Positions 36,810-48,498 of a stretch of DNA of 49,287 nucleotides are shown here, piece after piece. The position numbers and the translations under genes are program-made. Position 1 is the stretch's first letter. Every line of letters starts with the position of its first letter. The notes below the pieces were generated by a model. It saw only the letters and a program-made list of their open reading frames with translations, did not search any database and had not been told where the DNA came from. Source of the stretch: Catajapyx aquilonaris (Eukaryota); NCBI GenBank assembly GCA_000934665.2, contig KZ538760.1, forward strand, positions 1-49,287, written 5' to 3'.

Positions 36810-37150
36810 TCAGAAGACTAATCTTCTGCGATCCCAGTGAGTATATTTCTTCTACGAGAAGGATCTTCAAGGTCCCTCAACGTTTAGTAGTTGCAGCTGG
36901 GAATGGAGTGCTCCGTCTGTGTTTCGCTGGACGCAGCCCTACCCTCAATTTCCACCAACCTGTCAGCAAGATCATCCACTTTAGCGGCCATAGGTTCGAC
37001 TACAGTAGTTTGCAGCAGTGATCTGAGATCTGCCTTACGATCCGTAGTAAAGTCCGCTATTAGTAAAGTCAACTGGGGTTGGATGGATTCCTCGGTGGGA
37101 GGAACAGCGGTTGCCCCCATTGTACCACGTACAGGATGAGCCAACGTCAA
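36810..37150 (-). pseudogene. Non-LTR ORF1p fragment (coiled-coil to start of RRM)
   Basis: ..AKVDDLADRLVEIEGR..LRDLEDPSRRRNILTGIAED (LEDRSRRNN..GIPE motif). Confidence 0.6.
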
Positions 37151-37397
37151 GAGGTGCAGCTCTTCTGACTCACTTCTTCTTAGGAGACTTCTTAATCACA
37201 ATGTGCTACTCGTAACAATCTGTAATATGATAATCTGGAGTATTGTCATTGGCATGGTAGGGACGAAACCATATTCACACTTCACGTGTGAGACTTACGT
37301 CCAATACTGTGTGTGGTCTTCCACAGGAGAGGTCAGCGTCCCATCCATGTTTGGTCCCATCTCCATGTATCTTCTGACAAGCAAATAATCAGAAGTA

Positions 37398-37665
37398 CAA
37401 ATAAAGGAAACCAATGTTTATCGTGTCTTACGAATCACATGATTTTATTTACTCCTTCATGGTCCAAATAAAGGAAACCAATGTTTATCGTGTCTTACGA
37501 ATCACATGATTTTATTTTCTCCTTCATGGTCCAAATAAAGGAAACCAATGTTTATCGTGTCTTACGAATCACATGATTTTATTTTCTCCTTCATGGTCCA
37601 AATAAAGGAAACCAATGTTTATCGTGTCTTACGAATCACATGATTTTATTTTCTCCTTCATGGTC
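37398..37665. repeat. 67-bp tandem repeat, 4 near-identical copies
   Basis: Units start at 37398, 37465, 37532 and 37599. One substitution seen. No spacers. Confidence 0.95.
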
Positions 37666-37689
37666 CTGCATTATCACAAGACACAAAGA

Positions 37690-38110
37690 ACAACAACTGG
37701 TGATACAAAAAGTGTTTGTTTTACTTGAATGTTTTACAATCAACACTGTGTATACTGCTAGTATGGCTTGTAGTGTGTTTTTTCGCATACCTTTCGCTTG
37801 TGGAGACAATGTGATGGTGTTCCCTATTTTGGTCATAACTATGAAAAGCTTTAAATGTATCCTCTCTCTGTTGATGTGTGATTTTGTTAGCACACTGAAA
37901 CTTGCAACTATTGTGACGGTCTTTTATGATTTTTACACTTTTGGCAGCAATTACCTTCTGCTCAGCATTAGCATATTCTTTACCTGCTTGGCGCAATTGC
38001 TTTCTTGATTGACAATCATTTGGCAGCTCCTGTTTGATGTAGTGGAACAGCCTTGACACCATCTTATTTGGGCCTTTCTTGGCCACAACCTCATGGTATA
38101 CATAGCAGGC
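37690..38110 (-). pseudogene. Sola1-like transposase fragments (a core piece fused to an N-terminal piece)
   Basis: CYVYHEVVAKKGPNKMVSRLFHYI, then RKQLRQAGKEY..KVIAAK..CKFQCANKITHQQREDTFKAF. Confidence 0.65.
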
Positions 38111-38680
38111 TACCCTGTTGCTAGAGGACTTCTGCGAAAAGAGGACACTATTTGGCTGACTTTTTGGAGAATAACATCGGCAGGTTCGAGCCCCTTCTTT
38201 ACAACCAAGTTGAGGCCGTGAGCGAAGCAGCCGAAGTGCTTCCATTTTAGCTTTTCTGCAGCACCCACGATGATACTGGCGTTGTCAGTCACCAACAATT
38301 CCACCTTTCCTGCCAGTCCCCAGTCGGATACTATGCTCTGAATTTCTCCACCCAAGTTACCTGAAGTGTGTCGCCCCTCCGTCACATCGCATTCCAGCAG
38401 GACAGGCTCGCCAATGTAGTGCGCAATGACAGCCAGGTAACTGTCATTTGCTAATGACCTCCAACAATCATTTGACAAACAGACTGTTGCTGCCCCACTA
38501 AGTTTTTCTTTCGTCTCTACGACGAAGACTTCATATATGGCAGGTAAAGTGGATTGGGATAAGGTTTTCCGATTAGGAAGCTTGTATGAAGGGTTTAGTG
38601 TCCAAGTGTATTCGCGAAATCCTTCCTCCCCCACAATCGAAAATGGTTGGTAATCCTTGTAAAAGAGCCTCTCTTTTTTT
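38110..38680 (-). pseudogene. hAT (Ac/ZBED1-like) transposase fragment
   Basis: KDYQPFSIVGEEGFRE..LNPSYKLPNRKTLS..CLSNDCWRS..SYLAVIAHYI..HTSGNL..VTDNAS..HFGCFAHGLNLVV..FRRSP. Confidence 0.9.
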
Positions 38681-39060
38681 GTAATCTATTATTTCTCATT
38701 GTATGGGTTTCCCCGGCACTATCGACGTGGCCTGTAAGGCCGGAGGGGTGCAAGGTGCTGCGAAACATACTGATGCGAACCCCTTGGATTATCCCTTTTC
38801 TGGGACCAGCTCTAATATTAGCCCTTTTATGGCCGTTTGGCGCCAGGAAGCCTGCATTACATCGGTCCTTTGCCGCTATATTCCCACATGTCAGATTATT
38901 TAGAATAATCACTCTACAACATAGCCACAATATGCCTCATCACATGACTTGCTCATGTAGCACTTGTCCAGAATATCTGCATCCCTCCCATCCATTAATA
39001 TAACATGGATTATAGGATATGTCTCAGCAATGTCTGCAGCATTTGCCATCAGGCTATCCA

Positions 39061-39414
39061 TCAGATCTCAACCACACCACTTATCTTAGGCGTCGTAGGT
39101 TTTCCTGCGTCCATCAACAGATACTGCTCCGGTTCACATTTCTCTAGATACAGCATGTGCATCTTCTTGACTAACAGTTCAGGGGATAGATAGTCATGTT
39201 TCGTGTTGGCCTGGCGACTGTTGTGGGAATGTCTTCTAGGGAAACTCCTGATGTGGTCATCCACATATTGCACCGGATGTTCAGGATTGGCATTCCACCA
39301 ATATCTATGCTTACTTAGTTGGTGCAATCGTGCCTGTGCAGTATATGTAGCGCTGCGAACTTTGCTGGAAATTCCAGTGCCACAGCATGCCTGTACTTCG
39401 AGGACTTTTTCCAA
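39061..39414 (-). pseudogene. Sola1-like transposase fragment
   Basis: VDDHIRSFPRRHSHNSRQANTKHDYLSPELLVKKMHMLYLEKC. Confidence 0.7.
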
Positions 39415-39589
39415 CAGGCTGTCAACGCCAGCTGTTGAAGGAACAGATTTTGACCCCAGATCAATGTTACCTCCATTGAAAATGATCTCTAGTTCAGCAT
39501 TCTTGTAAATAGTGCTGCTCTTGTTAATGATGAGATTAGGTGTTACATGGACAATATAAATATATCTTCATTTCGAAAATAAAACTTGT

Positions 39590-40020
39590 TCCACTGTCCA
39601 GATGGCATCTTAAAATGAGTTGGAAAACTCCACCCTTGCTCTGCTGTCTCGGTTTTTGCTCGAGCTCAGGGAAATATGCTGTCACGTATGGACCGCCTCA
39701 TCTCCAGCAGAAAACACATGGCTTATAGTCGTTTTCTCGGCCCTGATCGCGACCAAACCTGCCTGCCCTTGTCACATGGTCGTTGTAGTAATGCTTGAGC
39801 TTCGCCCACCCCTGCTCGATGGGGTTGTAATAACAATGGTACGGGGGAATCCTGCACACCTTGATGGCCCTCTTTCTTCAGCAACTCATCGATGGCATAC
39901 CTCTGGAAGCGAGGCTTGTGGGGGGGAATAGCCAGAGCGTACAGTTGCTTCTTCAGCAATAATTCACTTCCACCATCAGGTACGGTACCTTTGTTACTGC
40001 ATTATCAAAGATCCGCCAGA
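39590..40020 (-). pseudogene. Tc1/IS630-like DDE_3 transposase fragment
   Basis: LKKQLY..KPRFQRYAIDELLKKEGH/CRIPPYHCYYNPIEQGWAKLKHYY (RLPPYHCxxNPIExxW motif). Confidence 0.8.
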
Positions 40021-40350
40021 ACACCCGAAAGGCAAGGTACCGAGTCGTACAAAAGCCAATGAAGCCACTTTGTGGCTTTCCAGTAACTCCGTTCCCGCAA
40101 TGAGCGAGGTTGTCTTTGAAACTTCTTTGGAACCTCACTTAGCCGAGCCTGCTGCTGAACATTAGGGAAATGGTAACTCTTATTGCATTAGGCATAGAAA
40201 GCAGTTCCAAGCAGCCGCTTTCTCTTTAATTACAAGAACTACAGCATCAGGGAACAGATGAGCGCAACTTGATGGTAGTGACTCATAGTGCCTTCTGTGT
40301 AACCGATATTTTATCGGTTGCTAATAACATTATGAAACGTCCATAGTAAT

Positions 40351-40697
40351 ATTTTTTTATTATTATGTACCCCGTTGTGGGCCCTAAGCCCTATAGGGGG
40401 GTGGCTCACCACCATCAGTTTTCTATGTGTATACACACTTTTCTTCGTACACCGGTGCAAGGAGTCAAGGATGTAGGGTAGGGGAAGGGATTTTTGGGGA
40501 GGGAACGTAAGTGCAAGTGCAATGTCAACAACTGGGTCATGTGCTGTCCCCCAGGAGGTTAGGTTGCCAGACACCTCCTTGGTGCAGGTCAGAGACCCTC
40601 CTGACGCAGGCGAAAGGATAGTTCCCCAGGCGGGGATCGAACCTGGGGCCTTTCGCTCAGCAAGCCGTGACGTTACCATCACGGCCACCACACCTCC
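40351..40697 (-). mobile_element. tRNA-derived SINE
   Basis: Minus-strand head GGTGGCCGTGATGGTAACG..GGTTCGATCCCCG contains Pol III A and B boxes, followed by a ~270-bp body and the tail ATAATAATAAAAAAAT. Confidence 0.8.
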
Positions 40698-40849
40698 ACG
40701 TCCATAGTAATATAAAACTTTTAGCGTCTGGAAAAAAATGTGCGCAGTAACTTAATCGTTGCTGGAGGTCGTAAGGTAATTAATTACTGGTCAAATTTGC
40801 AAATTGTGTGTTTATTTCTTGATGAATTGGATAACCTTGCGTGCGCACA

Positions 40850-41510
40850 TAAAATCGGCAGTTTACGTCTGATATCTTGTTACTGCCTGTTTCACTGGAT
40901 CCAGATACGTCAATTTTAATGCCAGTGGAAAAATTTGCCCTGTTCCTTGTGGCCCAAGTATTACTCTGCTTTTCACTCAAGATGCTTTGGTAGCTCATCG
41001 AAGGCTTTTCCTGCAGCCAGGTGAAGAGAGTGGCAGATACGTCGTATAGCAACTAGGTGAGGAACTCGCTGCTGCAGTAGTGTGGCTACTGAGTGATGAC
41101 TCCTGACCACTCCACACCCCACACCCCGTCCACACCAATCCCCAGAAGCGTCCACATGGAGATTATTTTCTTCTAGAGCCTGTAAGATGACTGACGTCAA
41201 TGCCTACCGTGCCACATCCATCCGGCAATGGAATTAGCCGGTAGTCCTTTTCTTGATCGAGTAATACTTTATCATTATCGCTAGACACTTGACATCTGAA
41301 TTGTCGTTTGATTCATCTAGAATCAAGTTGAAATGCTGATTTCCTACATCCTCAACTAGTTCCTTGTGGAGTTCTGGTGCTATGAACTCCCTTATGAGAC
41401 CGGTGCACTTGGTTCGATGAATTTTAATTTTCTTCAAGACCACAGATTTTTCATCTAGATATGCGACAGTTTCGCCTAGGTGGTCTATTGTTTTGATTGA
41501 AGCCATACTT
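40850..41510 (-). pseudogene. hAT transposase N-terminal/core fragment
   Basis: IDHLGE..IKIHRTKCTGLI..FNLILDESND..KCLAIMIKYYS; HHSVATLLQQ..ICHSLHLAAGKAF. Confidence 0.85.
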
Positions 41511-42299
41511 TGATGTCAGTGTGAGTTCTTCCCTTTGCACACGCATTGTTGTCTCTTCTACTTGAAGGAGGGCTGAAAGCTTTTATTTTGGAGTAGGCTA
41601 TTGTCATCATAATTGTCCCCCCCCCCCCCAATTAGCCTTCTCATGCGCCATTTGTGTGAAAAGTTATACACTATATGCAAGAATTTACATCGACGACATT
41701 CAGCAGGTGATGAAATGGAGGCATCGGCCATCGACTGGTCCTTTGGCCTTGCTTGTATTAGATTAACAATAACCACGCCACCCTCTTGTCTTATTGTAAA
41801 ATGTAATAATGTGAGGCTTTTGTGGGGAGTGAGAATCAGTTGCTCCTGTGGTTTGTGTAGGCCTAGTCCAGATCAATTGACTTTTTTGTTACTTGGGGAA
41901 CCATTGTTACGGGGCCAAAAATACTGCAGCCTACTACTGATTATTTATTTGAACCAATTCCCCACCCCCCTGTCTGACATAATAGTCAGTTTGCCAAATG
42001 TGGCCTTTCCTAAGTTGAATATGGTAAAAAGTGCAGACACTTTGCATAGTAGTCGTGTAAAATATTGAATGTGTTACTGCTGGGTGCATACAAGGTTTTT
42101 GGCCACGGTCAGGGTGGTAGGAGTCTGTGGCGTTGCCGTCCTTTGAGGAAATGCTAGCCATGGTCGGAAGTGATGTTCAGGGTTCGAATCGCACGACCAT
42201 TGCTCGAACCGTTCTCTTCACCTCGTTACTACTAGTGAGAGGAATTCCTCCATACCACTTGACATTGACATCCTATCAGAATCTACTTCGCTACCTGGA

Positions 42300-42710
42300 T
42301 CGAAGTCAGGGTCTTTTGAATCATTAAATGCCTCCAGATCAGATGGATACTGATTTTAGCAACTGGGTCCGGGAACTGCTTCTGGTGTTTCGTCTGCGGT
42401 ACTGGCTTCCAGTAACTCTGAATGGATATGCTTTTCTTCCTCCATATATGGTTGCAGCATTCCATCAACCTTGTTCTGCCACAGCCAACTCCTCCATCTT
42501 ATAGTGCACCTGTTTAAAAAAGATCAAGAAGTGAGAATTCAAGATAAAATTGGTAGGATATTACTACGGATTTTTCACTCACCATTATTAATACCCAGAC
42601 GTTCCATTCCCATCGCTGCTCTCCACCGGTTTCGGGAATTTCCGCAGCACTTGTTGACAGCCCAGGGCAGCTTCGTATATGTTGGAAAGTACTTGTTCAT
42701 CAGTCCTGTG
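42300..42710 (-). pseudogene. Possible SAMD3-like (CACTA accessory) exons
   Basis: QVLRKFPKPVESSDGNGTSGY and VHYKME weakly resemble the family motif, with GT/AG boundaries between them. Confidence 0.3.
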
Positions 42711-43189
42711 GAAATAGGAGAAAATAATCTCCATTAATTGTATACCTATACATTGCTATCTTTGTTTTCAATTTAAAGTTCACATGGTTCCTTTGATATT
42801 TGGTATAGTCCCTATACAATCTATGTTTCAGCACTTGAGAATTGATAATTAAGTGTCTAACAAATGAGGTTACTATAATGACCAAGCCTGCCAGTTTGGC
42901 ATGAAGAACACACACGTTTTTCAGTGTTCTGGTGTAGTATACAGTAACATGTTATCCACTCGTTACTGTACAAATGAAAAGCTGAGATTTATCAATGGTC
43001 CAGATTTTTCCAAAACTGTACCATAATGGCCAAGATGATATGATTTTGGTTTCAGAGTGTCATTAGGGAAGAGTTTCTTAAACATGGTATGACGCTCGCT
43101 TACAAGAGTTCGAAGTAGTTACCCCAACTCCTCTGCAGTCTTCCAGATAAAATTATATCCATGATCTTTCGCATGAGAAGATACAATTC

Positions 43190-44180
43190 CCAGACACTGC
43201 CATGCTGCACAAGGCGCTTTTTTGGGATGAAAAGTCGAGCCACGTGCTGCTCAAGAAGACTATGTATGTGGTCTGGAACTTCCTCATTTGGGTTTCCGAT
43301 GAACTGAAGAGCCTCAGTTGACTCTTGGAATTCCATCCAGTCTTCTTTCTGTGGGAGACGAAGAACAGGCACTTCGTCGCAACCACTGGAGGCATGGAAG
43401 CCCCGCATCGCAACAGCCACATCCTTCCCCAGTTCAATGGCAATTGCATGCGCAGGAATGTAGCGACGATGTTTGGCAGCGTTACCGCATAGTATCCATA
43501 GCTCCTGTATAAGTGAATCATGCGTGCAATATTAGGAACGTTTTCCTTCAACGACTTTGTGTTTGGAATGCCCACCTTCAATCCAAGGTCCTGCAGAAAG
43601 AAGTGTGAAACGGCAAGGACCACAACGTCTGCGTCAGAGGCACGTATCAGTATGCTTGTAGCTCCGTGGAGAACAGCGTCGCGCGCATGCCAGAATATTC
43701 TGGCATCCGCTTCCTCCATGTCTCCGCACTGGCAGCCATTTAAGTTGGAGCTGTGACCAAGGCGACATTTCAGATCATTGCCGACGTTCGTCACAACTTC
43801 AAGATTTGTATTGATCTGAAGGAATGCATTAGCCAGGAAGACAAACTACTCGTCTTTATTCTCAGCGTTTTTGAGGTAATCGTTTCAGATTGGTGCAATG
43901 AGACCTGCAAGAGCATACAACTTCAGTGTTGAGCACAGATGGAGTGACGAACAAATTGGCGGCATGTCACATACCTTTTGTTGGTAAATTATTTCGCTTC
44001 ACTCCCTCCCCCCGATCCATTTGTGTGGCAGATTTCGTGCTGTGTGGGAAATACAAGTCCCAGCGCATATCGAGTCGAGTGGACTTCAGGTTTTCCGCTA
44101 GCTTGTGTCAGGAACCCCTTCCTAAAGGGCCCCTGGCTCAGGAACTACCTCGCAGGTTCACAAAGAACCCGTACAGAGGG
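43190..44180 (-). pseudogene. Intron-containing, probably TE-borne protein with FEN1/XPG(PIN)-like nuclease motifs
   Basis: RLDMRWDLYFPHSTK..RG|..YLKNAENK..FLA..MEEADARIFWHA..ILIRASDADVVVLAV..IPAHAIATELG..FHASSGCD. Contains stops and frameshifts. Confidence 0.7.
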
Positions 44181-44914
44181 TAAGGTAAAAAGATGTATTT
44201 TGTATCACTCCACCGGCCCGCCTACACAACACCAAGGCGGGGCTCGGACTGCCTCACTTTTCCCCTCCACCCCCAAAATGGGGTGCCTCTACACTGATGC
44301 CAGGTTGCGCCCTGTTGCCACATCTGGCAATTTCCCCCACTACACGAAGGACGAACAGACAGCTGTTCGAGATCGTGACCCTTGGCTCTCATACCCTCTG
44401 GAAAGAAGCACCAGCGCAGCGACGACAGTGACAGGATAACCACAAAAACAACGACAAATGAGAAAAGAAAAGAAAAACTGATCCCACCAACAAAACACTA
44501 CCGAGAAATCGCACGCGCAATTGGGGACAGATCGCTGGCCCTTCGATGTAATATGTAATTTGTAATGTAATACGCACAGGGAACAAAAATGATCTGAACT
44601 TTCACCTAGTGTGTTAAATGACCACTTTCAAATGCACACAAGAGGACCAGCAGGGTTATTGTGCGCGTTAGGGACGTGACATGAAATGCGCACCCTTTTC
44701 GGAGGGGGGTCACAGTATCTGAAATTCCTGCGAATTATGTGAGGTTATGATCCTTTCTCAGGCAAGGATCACTGCAAGGCCAGTGTGTTCGTATTCATAA
44801 TGGACTTACTAGTAACTTACAAGAATTGCCGCTGTTGTACTTGCATAGGTGTTTCGAATTCACGGCTGGTCGCGGACGAGGAGGCGTCTTCAGGAGGTGC
44901 GATCCCCTAGAACA

Positions 44915-45130
44915 TCTGGCAGCCGTAGTCAAGTGTACATGTCATTCCGATGAGGAAGTCCGTGCCCAATATCGCGGGGTGGAGCGAGGTCTACGAGGAA
45001 CTTCTTCCTGATACCTTCACAATCAGGTGGACGCTTCCCCAAGGCCGGATACGGCTTTGGTCCGCCATCGTCAACTGGGACGTTGTTCCGGTGTCGACGG
45101 AGGGTCGCGTGTCCCTCCTAATGCCGAGAG
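44915..45130 (-). pseudogene. Retropepsin (Gypsy-type aspartic protease) C-terminal fragment
   Basis: LTMADQSRIRPWGSVHLIVKV..AILGTDFLIGMTCTLDY. Confidence 0.65.
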
Positions 45131-45139
45131 CATTAAGCA

Positions 45140-45796
45140 GGATCAGCTTAACAGATTACAAGACACTTAAAGATATCTTCACTACAAAGAAATAAAACTC
45201 ACTTTCCAAATTGAAAATTATTTTGCTATGGATCTCCCTCTTTCCCACATTCGCCTGCTTGCAAACTTGAGGAACAATTCGCAAGTCCTTCGTGTCCAAA
45301 GTCAGCTAGCGATTAACCTAAATGATTCAGAAAAATGTGATTGGTGTAACTGGTCCACAAATCGCTCTATCTTTCACCTAATTTATGAATGTCAACTATT
45401 CAATTCACCAAGAAGAAAATTCCTATCTAATCTTCCAAAATTCCCTCCTGATCGGCTGTTTTATTTATTTGTCGAAACCCGGATGATGGATGCGTACAGG
45501 TACCTACTATATTCTTTCTTCCTCGCTGCAGTTAAAATACTAAATTTTTGTGATTATTGAAGTTGATAGTAACTTTCTTCAAAAGACTGAGGTGCTAGTC
45601 ACCACTGCTGCTGGTATGATGTCCTCTTTTCTTTTTTTGTAAGCACACATTATTGCAACTCTGAACTTTTGTCCAAATAGTGTCAAATTTATTATGGAAG
45701 ACAATGTATTAATATGTGTAGTGAGTGGATGTCCCCCCATACGAGCCTATGGCTCGCAACACGGGGCTGACAAATAAATAAATAAATAAATAAAAT
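45140..45796 (+). mobile_element. 5'-truncated LINE 3' end
   Basis: LLANLR..CDWCNWSTNRSIFHLIYECQLF..R..LPKFPP..FF..LNFCDY, stop at 45560. UTR hairpin CGAGCCTATGGCTCG, then an (AAAT)n tail. Related to 14085-14652. Confidence 0.8.
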
Positions 45797-46094
45797 ATTT
45801 CCGTATAATATCAATGTTACGTTCAATGCTAAGACGCAACAATGCATTGGACACCACTGCATTGCGGTTTTGATATGGGCATCCATCACTCCATAAAAGC
45901 AAGGTCTTGACATTCGGATCCTTATCACAAACTGTACCTAGGAAATCATAGACTCTCTGTCAAACCTAGATCTGTATTTTGCATGTATCACATGTAAGCC
46001 TGATTCAAAAATGAAAAGTCAAGAAAAGTAAAAAAGATGAAATGAAGGATGTAGTTTTATTAATAAAATCATCCGTTATAATACAAGGACTTAC

Positions 46095-46325
46095 TTGTCT
46101 GGGATAGAACACTTCAGTCGCTGCGAGTATTGGTAAGGGCTGGTTCTTCTGACAATCAAAGCAGACAGTGATTGCATTTGCTGGATTTGTTCGCAACAAC
46201 CGGTAGAACTCCCTCGCTCGAACTTTGTGTACATGTCTATGTAGACGTATTTCCTTCTTCTTCTTGCCATCCTTCGCTTCTTTCTCTTGCTTTTGCAAAC
46301 TTTCACAATAGTAGCACACATCTGT
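46095..46325 (-). pseudogene. Sola1-like transposase exon fragment
   Basis: CYYCESL..HKVRAREFY..VCFDCQKNQPLP..VFYPRQ followed by donor GTAAG. Confidence 0.75.
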
Positions 46326-46329
46326 TCGC

Positions 46330-46911
46330 GGATTGCTGCGGCTCTTCGTCGTCTATATTCTCCTAGGATCTTCTCCCGTACCATACCAGCATGCCCACAG
46401 TCAAGTCTTCTTCTGCACGGCACTCCAACGCTGTGATGAGGACTCCATAACTTCCAGGGAGGTTCCCAAGCAACATTCCGATCCGAAAACGGTCAGTCAC
46501 CGGCTCTCCAACAGCGATCAACTTATCCACCACTGACTCGACTTCATGGAGTAGAACTTGCACGTCTCCATCCTCCCCAATCTTCATATTTGCCAGCCTG
46601 GTGTACATATGGACGGTGCTGGACAGGGTGGCCCTCTCGTGGTGTTCCTTCAGGTTGTCCCACGCCTCTCTTGCGGTACGGGCAGGTCTTGTAAGTACGT
46701 GCTGACTCTGCTCCACCAACAACCCAATGGTACCAATCGCCTTGCTGTCAGCATTAACCCAATACTTCTTGTTACCGACAGCGGGTGCAGGGTTAACAAC
46801 CGCGAACCAGGTATCTTCCCGCCTCAACATCAATTCTGCCTCATAATTCCAGGACTGGTAGTTGTCATTGTTCAGCTTCACAATCGGCAAGCGTGCAAGG
46901 TCAGCCATCAC
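46330..46911 (-). pseudogene. gag: Ty1/copia gag fragment
   Basis: KLNNDNYQSW..L.REDTW..W..ADSKAIGTIGLLVE..TAREAWDNLKEHHE..L..GE..LLGNLPGSYGVLITALE..LT. Confidence 0.9.
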
Positions 46912-47239
46912 ATGTTATATAGCCTGCTCTATTCGATGATGTAGTGACATTTATTCATTTGTACAGGGTGACTCACTAACAGGAGGCCCCGAGGTATCAT
47001 TTCCTACACACATAATATAACTGTTTACCCAATATGAAAGATGTAATATTCTTGTACTGAGAGAAGCCATCCTTCTCACCTTGTCCAGCCCAGTTCAATT
47101 TCACGGCAAACTCTGGCTTGCATGGGCCCTTAGGCAGTTTCATTCAGGGGACCCTCTCCCCTTCCACGCCCTTCCCCAATCTGCTAAAAAAAAAACCAAT
47201 TTTCAAACACCAGTGGGGTTTATTTCTTTCAATCTACGA

Positions 47240-48350
47240 GAGGGTAAACTTTCTTGCTTTTCTCATTGCAAATTATTGAATTGCCTCTTGGAAGTCAATA
47301 TTTTTGGCAAGTTCATGTTCAATGGATAGCATAGCCAAATTAGTCAAGCGAATGTGGGTCATGGTGGATCTCTGATAAGTTTGGATCAACTCTAGTTTGC
47401 TGAAGGATCTCTCTGCTTCGGCCACCGTCCCCGGAAGGGTACAAAAAATTCTCAGAGCAATGAAGACCTCTGGGAAGACCCCTTCCAATTTTGCAAATGC
47501 CTCATCTGTTCAACTAAATCACTGGAAAGATTTCACAATACAGTCACTTGCGTGGATCTGAGGAGCTGGATATCTTCCTTCCTGAGGTCCTTCCTTGGCC
47601 TGCCTGGCTCGAGAGAATCCACCATAAGCGCCATTTTCAGAGCAGGGTATCGACAACTCGTGCTACAGCAATCGTTTTCGACCAAGAGCATAGCTCCGAG
47701 TCACATTGTTCACATTGATTCCCTCTACCTCTTCGCACTTTTCAAATATTGACTGGGATTCTTCATCCGCATTTTCTGTCGCATTCTGACCAGAATTGTA
47801 ATGATGACTTCTGCATGCGAAATGGAAGCTGCAAGGTCATAATGTGTTGATTGTAGTTTTCTACTCAGAGGTAAAGTGTAGCTCATTAGCTTCTCTGCTG
47901 ACAGCAGAGAAGCTATGAAGTTTGGTTGCTGTAGAGCACTGAGTAGAACACCAGCACCACATGAGGCATCTCTTTCTTCCCACTGCAGAATGGTGCAACT
48001 GGGCCATGACCATCACTGCCTCATGTCGATCTACTTTTCCCATCTTGTAGGGCAGAGCTGCTTCTACTTTTTTTGTGTGTATGAATCTGGAGCAATCTCT
48101 GCAACTTTCTTCTGCAAAATTATATGTCTCTTTGGTGCGTTGAAAAAGTAATATAGTTTCCGTACAGTATCGAAACAGTTCCTTACGGAGGTTACGTCGG
48201 AGGAGTCTGAGATTGTTAAATTTAGACTATGGGATGAACAGTGAACGTCAAGAGCTTTTGGACACTGCAGAGATATATGCCTGTGCGCCTCTAAATTTTC
48301 ACTCATTGATGCAGCGCCATCATAACCCTGACCTCTTAAGGAAAGTAGTA
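47240..48350 (-). pseudogene. hAT (ZMYM1/Tip100-like) transposase remnant
   Basis: LRGQGYDGAASMS..PKALDVHCSSHSLNL..LYYFF..PKR; FPEVFIALRIFCTLPGTVAEAERSFSKL..TYQRSTM..RLTNLAMLSIE. Confidence 0.9.
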
Positions 48351-48498
48351 TCTGCCTCGCTCTTTCAGTCCACGAAGAAGAGTTTCTGCTAAATTCTTGC
48401 CTGTTGTTGACTCTAAAGGCATACACTGCAGAAAGTTTTCCTGCAGAGTATATCCTTTCTCAATGTCTTATTTAACGTAGCTAAAACAGATCCTCACT

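Noticed and set aside
37398..37665. CRISPR-like array
   Set aside because: The units are contiguous with no unique spacers, there are no cas genes, and the context is eukaryotic.
40620..40697. tRNA gene
   Set aside because: A and B boxes are present, but it continues into a body and A-rich tail and lacks a convincing acceptor stem, so it is a SINE head.
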